A stretch of DNA of 64,000 nt from a virus. This document shows, one piece after another, positions 34,622 through 45,332 of this stretch. Each line of letters opens with the position of its first letter. Position 1 is the first letter of the stretch. The position numbers and the translations under genes are program-made. Under the pieces are notes generated by a model that worked only from the letters and a program-made list of their open reading frames with translations, ran no database searches and was not told where the DNA came from. The DNA is taken from positions 8,321-72,320 of IMG/VR virus record IMGVR_UViG_3300008262_000126; one strand, written 5' to 3'.

Positions 34622-36978
34622 GTAAAAATAAACCAGCACCGCGTATAGATCTTGAGTACAATAAAGATTTAAAATATCCAGACATTAATGATTACTTGAA
34701 AGACAGCATGTATGCTTCTAATCTTTCTGATTACCCAGACAACCAACGAAATGCCGTCGTTAACTTCAGAGCTATTCCAAACACTCTGGCACTCAAGGAA
34801 ATAACAGTCGGTGAGAATAAAGCTTCTCTGCGCGTCTGGGTGGGCGACATGAAACTGTTTGGATACAATCCTGAACTTGAGCTTGTAGATAGCATGGATT
34901 TATTAATTGACTCTTTAAATGACGGGGACACTGAAGAAGTCGAAGGAACTAAAATTTTAAAAATTTTTAAAAAAGGTTCCAAGTTAAATTTGGACTTAGT
35001 TCAAAATTCAGAAATACAAGCGTTTAAACTGCCTTCACTTGTTAACTATTCAATTACTTTCCCGATTGCGACTGTGATTGACATATACAACTATGTCTTT
35101 GGCACAAGAGCTAAACAAGCAAAGACTTATTTCACAGGGGCTGAAACACTAGAAGACACGGACTTTCAAGAAGCATTTTTAGACAATGTTTATCGTTGGG
35201 AAATACCAGCACTGCTTAGATACTACCCAGTCGGTTCAGACAAGCCTGATGGTTTTATCGGAGTTGAGATCTCGTTATCAAGCATACTGCCGCAGTATCG
35301 AAAAAGAATCGAGTTGACATCCAGCAGTGTCGAGTATAATACAAACTTTTCCCTAAGCTCTTTTGATTTGTTTAAGTTAAGCTACATAACTAATCAAGAA
35401 GGGCGTATCCGGATAAAGGCGCAGATACGCGGGTTTCCCATAACTAAACAGACAGACAGTGCAGAGCTTGAACTTGTCGAACGAGAACGAACTTCGATAC
35501 TTTCTAATTTTTACGCATTTTCATACATCGTATATCAACACTCAGGGTTTTACGTATCTTACCCTGCTTTAGATTTTACCTACGACTTATACGTCAGTGC
35601 GGATAGCATAGCCGAATTACAAAACGATGCATTCGGCGTCTTTCAAGCATCGCCGACTAAAGTCGTTAATAACCTAAACATTACCGCAGTCAAATCGGGA
35701 ATGAAGGTACTGGAAAAAAACGCTGACGCTAACAACCCTTTCTTTGTTAGTGTTTGGTTTTCCTGTAAAAATAAAACACTTGCACTTCAAAAAGATAAAT
35801 TAAAGTTTATTTTAAATTTTCGACAGAGTAGAGTAGGCGATGACTCGCAGTCAGATACCAGTGGTTTCTTTAACGATGTTGCATTAGATGCTACTGCAAT
35901 AGCCGGGGATTTTTGGACAGACACTAAAAACCCCCGTAAAATCGACGTTGACAAGTCAGTAAGAACTTCATCAACACTGTATCGAAGTAATGCTGTAAGC
36001 GTTTCAGAGAAAAAAGTTCTCTCGGTTTTTCAAAGACTTACGCCAAATAACGATAAATACATGTCAAGCATTTTATCTAAGTGCTCTGTTAATTTGACGT
36101 TAACTAACTCTAACACGGAAACCAATACTTACTCCTACAGAATGGATATTTCTTGGCCTACAGTGGATGGTAAGAACGCTTTTGACAAAACAGCTTTGTA
36201 TAATCTTATTAAAGCTCGCTTTGTGCAACTTTCAATTAGCGACGTCTTTCAACAGGTTATTTTTGACGGTCGTTATAGACGTCCTTTTTATGACGTTTAC
36301 GAAGATAACTCGAAAAATCCGTTGTTTACCAGCTTGCCTGGTTGGAGAGCAAACTATTACACTTGGTTCACGAACAGTTGGACTGGTTTAAATGGAGACG
36401 AGGCTGCGGCAATAAACAAGATCGGTGTGGCTCCAAATAAGTCAGCGAACGGGTCTTTTTTTGTGCAACAAGCTAACTCTAAACGTCAAACTGTAGTCAA
36501 CTTAAGAGGTACTGAAAGAGACAATATAGATCTTTTAGAATACATTCCTCAAACATACATAGCGTTGAGTACTACCGAGCCGGCTGATACACAACCAAGT
36601 AGGGCATTTTTTTGTCTGCAGGGTATGGCTATGCTAGGAAGCGCTTCCATAAAAGGCGGCGTACTACAACCATTTACATTTTACCCTCAGTTTGCTAAAC
36701 CATTAACAAATGTTAGAAGCGATTTCAATGTTATTAATCCGGTTGTATTTGACCAGTCTACTGGGAAAGTTAAGATAACAATTTCCCCACAGGATGTTCT
36801 TAAGGCCATGAGGAAGATTCTAGGTGTGACGACTTTTCCGTCGGGTGTCTACCACATGTATTACATAATGAATCTAAATGAGGTACCCGATAGCGAGTCC
36901 CGCATATTTACAAATCTAATGGAAGGAAGCAAACAGAAATCAACACTTATTTTTGTTGTAGCGCATCAGGTTAAATAA
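34618..36978 (+). CDS. Hypothetical, probable tail protein
   Basis: 786-aa coupled ORF inside the tail module. Confidence 0.5.
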   Translation: MSKNKPAPRIDLEYNKDLKYPDINDYLKDSMYASNLSDYPDNQRNAVVNFRAIPNTLALKEITVGENKASLRVWVGDMKLFGYNPELELVDSMDLLIDSLNDGDTEEVEGTKILKIFKKGSKLNLDLVQNSEIQAFKLPSLVNYSITFPIATVIDIYNYVFGTRAKQAKTYFTGAETLEDTDFQEAFLDNVYRWEIPALLRYYPVGSDKPDGFIGVEISLSSILPQYRKRIELTSSSVEYNTNFSLSSFDLFKLSYITNQEGRIRIKAQIRGFPITKQTDSAELELVERERTSILSNFYAFSYIVYQHSGFYVSYPALDFTYDLYVSADSIAELQNDAFGVFQASPTKVVNNLNITAVKSGMKVLEKNADANNPFFVSVWFSCKNKTLALQKDKLKFILNFRQSRVGDDSQSDTSGFFNDVALDATAIAGDFWTDTKNPRKIDVDKSVRTSSTLYRSNAVSVSEKKVLSVFQRLTPNNDKYMSSILSKCSVNLTLTNSNTETNTYSYRMDISWPTVDGKNAFDKTALYNLIKARFVQLSISDVFQQVIFDGRYRRPFYDVYEDNSKNPLFTSLPGWRANYYTWFTNSWTGLNGDEAAAINKIGVAPNKSANGSFFVQQANSKRQTVVNLRGTERDNIDLLEYIPQTYIALSTTEPADTQPSRAFFCLQGMAMLGSASIKGGVLQPFTFYPQFAKPLTNVRSDFNVINPVVFDQSTGKVKITISPQDVLKAMRKILGVTTFPSGVYHMYYIMNLNEVPDSESRIFTNLMEGSKQKSTLIFVVAHQVK

Positions 36979-39083
36979 TGAACGAAGACTTTTTTCAAAA
37001 CATCTCCAGTACCGGAAATCCGATTGAGTACGCGGACACGGTACAACGTTATCAAACGCAACTACCTTTGGGAATTTCCTGGCCAACCGTGACGGGATCT
37101 TTAAATCCTAGCGACTTGTACACTGACGATACGTCTCTGTATATGTATTATCCCTCGGGTGTTAATAAGACTGCGATCGCAATTCAGCAAAGAGATCGCT
37201 ACGGCGGTATTACTTTTACTTTGGTCAGCGGGTCGACTAACTTGTACATTCAAGCCTCTGAGTATTTTGCAGATCCAAATCCTGCGTTTATCTCAGGCCC
37301 TTATACTGTTTCAGGAGAGGGCGGTACTAATTTAATCAATGCTTCTTATCTGAGCGACACTCCTGAAAATCCAGAAAACTACTGGATTAATTTACCAAAC
37401 CCCGGTACTTACAAGGTGGTTTTTCCAAACCCTGTAATAAGCACTGCAATCAGCGTTACTCACTCGGGATCCTCGCCGTACGTACTCAGTCAGATGCTTC
37501 CGAGAAAGTCGGTAGGCAGCTACGACATAGACGTAAACTCTATCCGAGCGTACCACGTTACGGCTTCGTTTATCGATGCTGTGGCTATACAAGTCTCGGA
37601 CAGTATCGTAGTCGGTCCTGATCTAATTGGCGCTAAGAGTATCGATGGTTCAAAGATTATCGACGGTACAATCTCCGGCGTACTCATTCGAGATGGCACG
37701 GTCACTGGTAATAAAGTACTAGCCGGTACTATCAGCGGAGTTCTGCTCCAAGCGGAAACAATTACAGCTACTCACATTGCAGTAAGCGGCATTACCGCAA
37801 ACAGATTAAACGTGACTCAACTTGATGCGGTGGCTGCTAACATGGGTACTCTAGTAGTTAACAGCGGTATTTCGGTTGGAACGAACGGATACATCACAGT
37901 ACCAAGTGGGTATATCTCAGCAGGTAAAGCAAAATTAGACAATACTGGTTTATCTATAGGGGACTTTAATACTGCTCTGGAGAATACAAATGCGCTACGA
38001 GTTGTAGGAAGCGGAGAGTCCGCCAACATTGTAGGTATGGCTTTGTATAACGGATCATTTTCTCCAACAATCCCGCAAGCAGTAATACAGCTTGACGGTA
38101 CAAACGCACTCGAGGTTGAGAACAATCAGACTAATGGGCTTATTAATTTTAACTTTAACCAAAACCCCGCCGGGAGTTCTTCTTTGAGGATATACAACGG
38201 AGACTTGCACTTAGCTCCATTTCGACCTTCCTACCCAGGTACTTTTTTTCCGGGAGTTGTTAGGGGCTATAACAGCGCAGGAGCACAGCTGTATGCACTT
38301 GACCACGAAAGTTACAGAACTTACTATGCAGACGGCGCTGTCAAGCATATTTTAGCTGCTGATCGACTTGTTAGCTACTACAATGATGGGTCCACGCGTT
38401 TTTCTCTGGGTGATGGTGGTCTGGAAATATGGAATCCTGCTGTAAGTACCGTCTCGGCAGTCGGACAGATTGATGCTGACGGTAACTTGTTCGCTGAAAG
38501 TGCTACTGTTTTTGGTAATTTAGGTGCAGTCGGTGACCTTTCAATTGACGGGGGTGTCGGGATTGGTACTGATAACGATAAAGTAACGATCGCAGCATCT
38601 ACGGGGAATACTGCTATTGCCGGTACACTCGAGGTTACTAATAAAATAACCTCTAGTTATATGGGTTACATTACAGCTAGAAGAACAGCAGACGTTGCAA
38701 TTACAACCGCGGGCACAACTATTGTATGGAATAACGCACTGCGTAGTAATAAAATTACTGTACCTACAAACTCATCTACGATTACCATAACAAATGCAGG
38801 CTACTACATGTTCTCGGCTACCTTCGCAACACTCGCCAACTTGACAAGCCTTCGAATGACTTTAACAAGAGGCGGTGCTAACTACGTGAGTACTTTACAC
38901 GGAGCTGGTTTAGGTACTGGAGGTGGTTATATATTTAACTTTAATATTGGGTTTTTTGCTTCGGCAAATTCAACTTATACCGTAGTCCTCACACCCTCAG
39001 CAAATACAACACTGAACGCTAATGGTGAAGGCTTTGCAGGACCATCCCCACTTATGAATATATTCCAGGCTATAGGTGTATAA
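36978..39083 (+). CDS. Tail fibre/receptor-binding protein
   Basis: 10-aa fibre repeats (IDGSKIIDGT-ISGVLIRDGT-VTGNKVLAGT-ISGVLLQAET), beta-rich C-terminal head, followed by a fibre chaperone. Confidence 0.75.
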   Translation: MNEDFFQNISSTGNPIEYADTVQRYQTQLPLGISWPTVTGSLNPSDLYTDDTSLYMYYPSGVNKTAIAIQQRDRYGGITFTLVSGSTNLYIQASEYFADPNPAFISGPYTVSGEGGTNLINASYLSDTPENPENYWINLPNPGTYKVVFPNPVISTAISVTHSGSSPYVLSQMLPRKSVGSYDIDVNSIRAYHVTASFIDAVAIQVSDSIVVGPDLIGAKSIDGSKIIDGTISGVLIRDGTVTGNKVLAGTISGVLLQAETITATHIAVSGITANRLNVTQLDAVAANMGTLVVNSGISVGTNGYITVPSGYISAGKAKLDNTGLSIGDFNTALENTNALRVVGSGESANIVGMALYNGSFSPTIPQAVIQLDGTNALEVENNQTNGLINFNFNQNPAGSSSLRIYNGDLHLAPFRPSYPGTFFPGVVRGYNSAGAQLYALDHESYRTYYADGAVKHILAADRLVSYYNDGSTRFSLGDGGLEIWNPAVSTVSAVGQIDADGNLFAESATVFGNLGAVGDLSIDGGVGIGTDNDKVTIAASTGNTAIAGTLEVTNKITSSYMGYITARRTADVAITTAGTTIVWNNALRSNKITVPTNSSTITITNAGYYMFSATFATLANLTSLRMTLTRGGANYVSTLHGAGLGTGGGYIFNFNIGFFASANSTYTVVLTPSANTTLNANGEGFAGPSPLMNIFQAIGV

Positions 39084-39409
39084 TGATCATTTTTAAAATT
39101 TACGACCCCGACACGATTACCCTTGGTTATTGGGATGAGTATGGTACGCCCTACTCAACCCCATTACCCGAGGGGAGCGCTGTCCAAGAGAAACCTTTTA
39201 CGTTTGTGCAAGCCCTGAGAGAACTCCGTACGAGACGCAACACGTTTCTGTACGAGAGCGATTGGACTCAGCTGCCGGATACTGGATTAACCGCCGACAA
39301 GCTACTTGAGTGGCGAGAGTATCGACAGGCTCTCAGAGATCTGCCAGCTCTGGTTGCTACCGCAGGGTGGGGCAACGTTACATGGCCGCAACCACCGCTT
39401 GACAGATAG
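39083..39409 (+). CDS. Tail fibre assembly chaperone
   Basis: LRTRRNTFLYESDWTQLPD...WREYRQALRDLP...WPQPP signature. Confidence 0.85.
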   Translation: MIIFKIYDPDTITLGYWDEYGTPYSTPLPEGSAVQEKPFTFVQALRELRTRRNTFLYESDWTQLPDTGLTADKLLEWREYRQALRDLPALVATAGWGNVTWPQPPLDR

Positions 39410-39440
39410 ACGCGCATAACCTAAAATAATGGAGGTACAG

Positions 39441-40025
39441 ATGATAATCACTGTATGTAATTTAGACTATTTAATAGAGCCTGTTCGCATGCGTCTGGGT
39501 GATTTTGAAGGAACTGTTTATTCAAACGCGTTAGTTAGGACCGCCCTTGTAAATGCGGTTAAGTTTCTTCAAAAACGTTGGCGCTCTAAGTATCAGGTGC
39601 TGTCTTCGGGCATGATTGCTGACATTCAGCCCAGCGGGTTTGCAGAGCAGGGATTGATTTGGGTAAGTACCACAAACGGGTACTCGTTTATTTCGGCTGG
39701 CTTTGAGGTTAACGACGTTTTTCGAAACCCGTTTCTTGAATTTGATCAGCCGTCTCCACCAGTTGTAGAGCAGAATGACGAAGATGCTATTGTATTAGCG
39801 GCGGCTTATCTTGTTCACCTGGGCAAATTGACTTCAAGTTCGGCCACGTTTGTCTCGTGGTCAACTGAAGATATAAAGTACACAAATTCAGAATCAAGCA
39901 GGTCGATGAAGGTAGTGCTTGATACGCTAATGGCAGAACTCAACGTGCTGTTTAAGACGCGTATCGCTCAGCCTAAAGCAACTCGCCAACCGCTGAATAT
40001 TGTAGTAGGTACGAAAGTATACTAG
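39441..40025 (+). CDS. Head-tail adaptor-like protein
   Basis: YLIEPVRMRLGD...YSNALV N-terminus and SWSTEDIKY C-terminus resemble adaptor proteins. Confidence 0.5.
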   Translation: MIITVCNLDYLIEPVRMRLGDFEGTVYSNALVRTALVNAVKFLQKRWRSKYQVLSSGMIADIQPSGFAEQGLIWVSTTNGYSFISAGFEVNDVFRNPFLEFDQPSPPVVEQNDEDAIVLAAAYLVHLGKLTSSSATFVSWSTEDIKYTNSESSRSMKVVLDTLMAELNVLFKTRIAQPKATRQPLNIVVGTKVY

Positions 40026-40033
40026 GAGGATGT

Positions 40034-41251
40034 ATGGGTAAGGTAATTCCGAAGATGTTGTATATCGGGGATTTTCCAGTTCCGACTGGATTTGGGATCG
40101 TGTCTGCAAACTTGATTAAGACGTTTAAGCAGTACTACGATGTGACCGTACTGGGTGTTAATTTCTATGGGGATTATAATCCAGCAAATGACGGGGTGAA
40201 GGTTTATCCGGCTTCGGGTAACGGTAGCGACATTTGGGGAAAAGGGCGACTTGCTGAAATGCTTATGCGTGTCAAGCCGGATGTTGTTTTCGTGTTGAAC
40301 GATCCATGGATTGCCATGGAATATTCTGCAATCTTTATGAAGTTAAAAGAACAGTATCCTGCACTTCACAGCAAGTTTGTGGTTTACACGCCCGTTGACG
40401 CCGAAAACGTCAAGCTGGATTTTATCGATGGCCTGCGTGCTTATGACGCTGTGATCACGTACACTCAGTTCGGCGCTGCTCAACTTGTAAATTGTAAGAA
40501 TAACGCAGGTGAGATTGTAGGTCTCAAGGACATTATGGTAATTCCTCACGGTGTTGATACCGAAGTATTCAAGCCGCTTAAGGTTTCTAAGGCGCAGCTG
40601 CGAAAGCAACTAAACCTGACAGATCAGGATTTTGTTGTTCTCTGTCTTCAACGAAACCAGCCTAGAAAACGATTAGACTTGACGTTCTACTACTTTGCTG
40701 AGTGGGTCAAGCGGTACGACTTGCCACCGAGCGTAAAGATCTACTACCACGGCGCTCTGCAGGACTACGGTATCGACATCATTCAATGGTGCGAATACTT
40801 GGGTATTATCGATCGGCTAGCAATCTCGTCTCCCGATATTCGACCAGACAACGGTTTAACTGTTGAGCAGATTAATATGATCTACAACAACGCCGATGTG
40901 TTCTTTACCACTACTGCAGCCGAGGGCTGGTGTTTGCCAGCATCCGAAGCAATGGCCGCAGGTATTCCGGTCATTCTGCCTAAGCACTCGGCGTTAGCTG
41001 AATGGCCGGAAGGTAACGCCCATTACATGGATGTGTACCCGTTCCCACAACTAACCGATCGCGGTTTGAATACTATTCATCATGTTACTGAAATGGAAAG
41101 TGCTATTGAATCACTCCACAAATTGTACACAGATCACGAGTATCGTGCGCGTCTCGGTAAGGCAGGGCACGACCACATGAACAAAGAGAAGTTTCAGTGG
41201 AGTGTGATTGCAAATCAATTCATGGAGATTATAAATGGAGTCATCAAGTAA
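40034..41251 (+). CDS. GT-B (GT4-like) glycosyltransferase
   Basis: PTGFG, IPHGVDTEVF, RNQPRKRLD, EGWCLPASEAMAAGIPVI. Confidence 0.9.
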   Translation: MGKVIPKMLYIGDFPVPTGFGIVSANLIKTFKQYYDVTVLGVNFYGDYNPANDGVKVYPASGNGSDIWGKGRLAEMLMRVKPDVVFVLNDPWIAMEYSAIFMKLKEQYPALHSKFVVYTPVDAENVKLDFIDGLRAYDAVITYTQFGAAQLVNCKNNAGEIVGLKDIMVIPHGVDTEVFKPLKVSKAQLRKQLNLTDQDFVVLCLQRNQPRKRLDLTFYYFAEWVKRYDLPPSVKIYYHGALQDYGIDIIQWCEYLGIIDRLAISSPDIRPDNGLTVEQINMIYNNADVFFTTTAAEGWCLPASEAMAAGIPVILPKHSALAEWPEGNAHYMDVYPFPQLTDRGLNTIHHVTEMESAIESLHKLYTDHEYRARLGKAGHDHMNKEKFQWSVIANQFMEIINGVIK

Positions 41252-41411
41252 ATTAGAGCAAATGGCGAAGAAGTATGCAAAACGGCTGTTGACACGGCTC
41301 GAAGCATATGGTATTGTTAACAACGAAGTTCGGAAAGCAGTGCTTGATGAACTCAATTCGATGGCGAGAGAGATCGCCTCAATGCAGGAGAAAAAAGATG
41401 GCATTCGGTAA
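41235..41411 (+). CDS. Small hypothetical protein (58 aa, not in ORF track)
   Basis: MESSSKLEQMAKKYAKRLL...; GGAG SD; fills the gap between the glycosyltransferase and SSB. Confidence 0.55.
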   Translation: MESSSKLEQMAKKYAKRLLTRLEAYGIVNNEVRKAVLDELNSMAREIASMQEKKDGIR

Positions 41412-42282
41412 GATGATTGGTGGACAGCAGCAGGCAGGCAGCAATTCAGGCGGCGGTAAGAACCCGTTTATTGACGTTCGCGAAGGTAAGCGTGTCATTC
41501 GTTTTCTTCCAGATCCAGCACAGCCAACAGAACCGCTTTTGGGCCAGACTGTTTTGTCTGTTTGGATGACTGTGAAGAAGGGCGAGGCTGACGTTCAGCG
41601 GAGAATTTTTGTTGATTACTCAGCACGCTCAATTCTTCCAAAACAGTATAATGATGCAATTCGTCGGCGCTTCTTTATGAACGTTCTCGACAAGAGCATG
41701 GTTGTCAAGTTGGAAGATGGTTCTCTTATCTACGGTAATAATCAGAATCAGTATCTCATGTCGCAAAACGGCGAGCTCGTACCAGTAACTGGTAAGAAGC
41801 CAGAGCGAAACATGCAGATCATGGTTCTTGAGGGCAGCGTCTCGTCTGGTCAAGGACGTAATGGGTTGCTTAACGAAATCGAAGAGCTCAGCAAGTCTGT
41901 GTTTGACGAAGAGACGAGCGAACTTATTCCAATTACCAACGTGGACATTGAAGTTGTCACTCGTGGCAAAGGCTTAAACACGAACCGCGCTGTGTACGTT
42001 GGTGCTAACCGAGATCCCATTCCTAGTGAGATTCTCAAGTTGCCAATGTTCGACATCGACGCCTACGCAAAGCCATTCCCGGCTGACGCCATCAAAGATC
42101 TACTCAAGGGGCTGGACTATGGCGAAGTTCTTAAGGCACATGGCATTACAGTAATGCCGCGTTTGATTGAAAAGGATTCGGCGTCAACCGATACAGTTTC
42201 AGCAGCAGCGGTTGTCAAGAAGGCCATCGAAAGTACACCAAGCAAGGCTATTCCAGCAGCAGACACTTTGTTTGACGACTAA
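41398..42282 (+). CDS. Single-stranded DNA-binding protein (gp32-like)
   Basis: EGKRVIRFLP, RFFMNVLD, VTRGKGLNT, acidic C-terminus LFDD; first gene of the replication module. Confidence 0.7.
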   Translation: MAFGKMIGGQQQAGSNSGGGKNPFIDVREGKRVIRFLPDPAQPTEPLLGQTVLSVWMTVKKGEADVQRRIFVDYSARSILPKQYNDAIRRRFFMNVLDKSMVVKLEDGSLIYGNNQNQYLMSQNGELVPVTGKKPERNMQIMVLEGSVSSGQGRNGLLNEIEELSKSVFDEETSELIPITNVDIEVVTRGKGLNTNRAVYVGANRDPIPSEILKLPMFDIDAYAKPFPADAIKDLLKGLDYGEVLKAHGITVMPRLIEKDSASTDTVSAAAVVKKAIESTPSKAIPAADTLFDD

Positions 42283-42293
42283 GTGAGCAAGGG

Positions 42294-42330
42294 CGGTGGG
42301 CGGTGCTAAACACACCGCCCGCTTTTTATT
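42294..42330 (+). terminator. Intrinsic terminator
   Basis: gggcggtg / caccgccc stem followed by a T run. Confidence 0.75.
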
Positions 42331-42340
42331 TGGAGGTTTT

Positions 42341-43276
42341 ATGGGCAGAGGGTACAAGACCGAATGTCCGCAATGCGGCGGGGATAATCTGTATGTAACT
42401 CCGGACAATGGAATGGCTTATTGCTTTAATTGCGAATACCGATCGAGTCCTGAACAAGCTGACCGCACTCAAGACGAGCGTGGTCTTCCTTTTCAAGGGA
42501 GCGGCGAAGACTTAGAGGCTATACGCCGAGTCTACACAGACGCTGCTAATTATTATCACGCCTGTCTAACGCCGCAAGCTCGTGCATATGCTAATGATCG
42601 CGGTATAACGGACGAGTCAATCAAGAAGTTTAAAATTGGCTATTGTCCGGAGGTTCAGAACTATGACAGGCAGTTACACGACGTCTACGTCCGGGCTGGA
42701 TTAATTACCACTTCAGGTAAGCCTACTCTGGCAGAGCGGCTAACTTTTCCCTATCTCGATCCAACGACCTCACAAATCGTAGACATCCGTGGTAGATCTA
42801 TGGATGGGGCTGATCCTAAGTATAAAGGGCCGTTCGGTACGACCTCTTCAAGAGGAGCTGGAGAATGGCCGTTTAACGCCGAGGATCTAAAGGGTGACCA
42901 CTTAATTACGGAAGGTGAGATTAAAACTATTGTAGCCAGTCAGCTCGGCTTTAAATCAGTAGGGCTGCCAGGTATAGCCGTATGGCGTTGGAGACTTCGC
43001 TCTATGGCACGCGGTCGACAGACAGTAGTATTCGATTCTCAACTGCAGGCTAACACACGTGAGTCTGTATACACAGCTATTGACAAGCTGTCGCAGAAAC
43101 TACCGAATCTTCACATAGCCACGCTCCCGCTAGGCAAGCACAACAAAATGGATCTCGATACCTACTTGTTGACAAAGGGAGCAACCGAGTTTAAACTCAT
43201 CTTAGACAAGGCGTTGCCTTACAACGAGTGGGCAAATTTATTACGGAGGCCGTATGTACTACGACAAGGACGCTGA
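42341..43276 (+). CDS. DNA primase (Zn-binding + TOPRIM)
   Basis: CPQC...CFNC, RLTFP, IRGR, ITEGEIK, VFDS, DLD. Confidence 0.88.
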   Translation: MGRGYKTECPQCGGDNLYVTPDNGMAYCFNCEYRSSPEQADRTQDERGLPFQGSGEDLEAIRRVYTDAANYYHACLTPQARAYANDRGITDESIKKFKIGYCPEVQNYDRQLHDVYVRAGLITTSGKPTLAERLTFPYLDPTTSQIVDIRGRSMDGADPKYKGPFGTTSSRGAGEWPFNAEDLKGDHLITEGEIKTIVASQLGFKSVGLPGIAVWRWRLRSMARGRQTVVFDSQLQANTRESVYTAIDKLSQKLPNLHIATLPLGKHNKMDLDTYLLTKGATEFKLILDKALPYNEWANLLRRPYVLRQGR

Positions 43277-44447
43277 GTGGCGATTACTCTCCTCGCTGAT
43301 GGCAAATCCCGAGAGTCTGCACATTATCACGCCCGCTTTGTTTTCAGACGAGCGTAAGGATATTCTGCTGGCTATGAAGGAAGCTTACGTGCGTTACGGT
43401 GAGTGCTCGTACGAAGTGATGCGGATGGCTCTTGCAGGGGATGTTCCTGCTCAAATGCTTGTTCAGGTTTCGGTTAACCAGCAGGCCGTGATCGATGAGC
43501 TGGGGTTCATCGCTCGCCGACGCCAGCTCTTTGAAGCGTCAAAGTCGTTAGACTTCGAGTCGAAGCAGTACTACCCGAACGAGGATAAGATCGAGGATAT
43601 CCTAAACTTTCCTCCAATTCTGCAAGCCCACGATACAACGCTTGTTCCGGGTGCCCAGCGGATGCTCGGCGACCTGAATAAGAAGGTAGACGGTTCGTAC
43701 AAGTTTACGCACACCGGTATTAAGTTCTTGGATACTATGCTGGGTGGTGAGTGGTTACCGAAGACACTCAACATCATTATGGCCAAGCCGGGTACGGGAA
43801 AGACCGCACTGATCGGTCAGTCTATGCTTGAGATGGCTCGTCAGTACGAAACCCGCTCGTTGTTCTTTTCACTTGAAATGAGTAAGGAGCAGTTGATTAG
43901 TCGTTGGGTTGCCTACTTGCTGAAGATGGATGCCAGCAACCTTCAGTTCGGGCGAGTTACAAAGGAGCAGGCTGAGAAGGTCGAGCAGGCTGTTATGTAT
44001 CTGCAGTCGCTACCAATGTCTGTAATTGACGATCCAACAATCAACCTGTCGACAATACGGAAAGAGATTCGGGATTGCGCTCGTATTGGCTGTAAGGTAG
44101 TCTTCCTCGACTACTTGCAAATTGTACGGCATTCTCCCACAGCTAACCGGAACAATGACCTTGGCGAGGTAGCTCAGACTTTGAAGGAAGCCGCCAAAGA
44201 AGCAAACATCGCAATAGTACTTCTTAGCCAGATGACTAAGGGTCGAGAGGGATTGGATGCAGTCAGAGATTCCGGTGAGGTGGCGCAAGTGGCAGACGCG
44301 GTTATCGAGATGGCGCCAATTGACGACCTCTCTGATGATTTGGGCAATCGGGCTATCAGTCTAAAGTTTCATAAAAATCGTAATGGGAAGCTCGGAGTGA
44401 GCACGGTGATATTTAATGGGAGTACGCAAAAGTTCAGCAGTCAGTAA
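43254..44447 (+). CDS. dnaB: DnaB-like replicative helicase
   Basis: AKPGTGKT, FSLEM, FLDYLQ, LLSQ, KNRNG. Confidence 0.93.
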   Translation: MYYDKDAEWRLLSSLMANPESLHIITPALFSDERKDILLAMKEAYVRYGECSYEVMRMALAGDVPAQMLVQVSVNQQAVIDELGFIARRRQLFEASKSLDFESKQYYPNEDKIEDILNFPPILQAHDTTLVPGAQRMLGDLNKKVDGSYKFTHTGIKFLDTMLGGEWLPKTLNIIMAKPGTGKTALIGQSMLEMARQYETRSLFFSLEMSKEQLISRWVAYLLKMDASNLQFGRVTKEQAEKVEQAVMYLQSLPMSVIDDPTINLSTIRKEIRDCARIGCKVVFLDYLQIVRHSPTANRNNDLGEVAQTLKEAAKEANIAIVLLSQMTKGREGLDAVRDSGEVAQVADAVIEMAPIDDLSDDLGNRAISLKFHKNRNGKLGVSTVIFNGSTQKFSSQ

Positions 44448-45021
44448 GCCGATAACAAGTCCACAAGCCGCAGAGCAATTGAAGGCGGAGCGCCGAGAGC
44501 GTAACCGCCTCAATCGCCAGCGAGCAAAGACCATGGAGCGTAGAATAGCTAAGTATCTGGGCGGTGATCGAACTCCTCAGTCAGGAGCGGGAAATAGTAA
44601 GGGGGATGTTACCGTACTGTTTACCAATCGTCCTGGTAGGTATGTGATAGAGTGCAAGCTCACCGAGCTTTTTGATCGCCATGGCCCATCCATCACGATT
44701 AGTAAGGCCTGGTTAGCGAAGATACATCGAGAGGCTCAGCAGATGAACGCGGTCTTCGGAATGCTCGTATACCGCTACCACGGAAAGCCAGACGACTTTG
44801 TTCTTATTAGGACTCAGGATATGCGAAAGGTGCTTAAGTCTCCTGTAGAAGCCGTCAGCGACCTGAGCTTTGATAATCCAAAGACAAAGACGTTTGCGAT
44901 GCCCTTAGCACGTTCGCTCGTCTGCAAAGAAGGAACCGGATTAACTTGTGTCACAATTGACTTCGTGCTATATTATCTCATGACGCTAGAACGTTTTAAG
45001 GAGTTAATTGACGAAGTATGA
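44416..45021 (+). CDS. Holliday junction resolvase (PD-(D/E)XK, Hjc-like)
   Basis: ERRIAKYLGG.RTPQSGA...KGDV...IECK. Confidence 0.75.
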   Translation: MGVRKSSAVSKPITSPQAAEQLKAERRERNRLNRQRAKTMERRIAKYLGGDRTPQSGAGNSKGDVTVLFTNRPGRYVIECKLTELFDRHGPSITISKAWLAKIHREAQQMNAVFGMLVYRYHGKPDDFVLIRTQDMRKVLKSPVEAVSDLSFDNPKTKTFAMPLARSLVCKEGTGLTCVTIDFVLYYLMTLERFKELIDEV

Positions 45022-45332
45022 AACCTAAAGAGTTTCCAGAACAGGCACTATTAGCACCCTTATTAGGCAACGAAGTGATCTTGAAGTTTGACGGGCTCGA
45101 GTTTCCTACTCGGTTACTAAGCGCTGAGCTTCAGAAACTGACTGGGCTAGCCAACCCGCCAGATAAGAGAATGAATGCTGAGGGTAAAATGTACACTCCT
45201 AAGTGCCTTCGTCTCGTTTGCGAGGCGGGGGCTCTTGTGATGTGTATAGAGGATTACAAGTTTGTGGCCGTGCACAAGGGTGTTGCCTTTATGTTCGACT
45301 CGTATACCTTGGAGGTTCGTCTTGCAAGTTAA
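45018..45332 (+). CDS. Hypothetical protein
   Basis: Coupled ORF between the resolvase and polymerase genes. Confidence 0.55.
   Translation: MKPKEFPEQALLAPLLGNEVILKFDGLEFPTRLLSAELQKLTGLANPPDKRMNAEGKMYTPKCLRLVCEAGALVMCIEDYKFVAVHKGVAFMFDSYTLEVRLAS

Noticed and set aside
36978-39409. Diversity-generating retroelement acting on the tail fibre
   Set aside because: No reverse transcriptase and no template/variable repeat pair was seen in the window.
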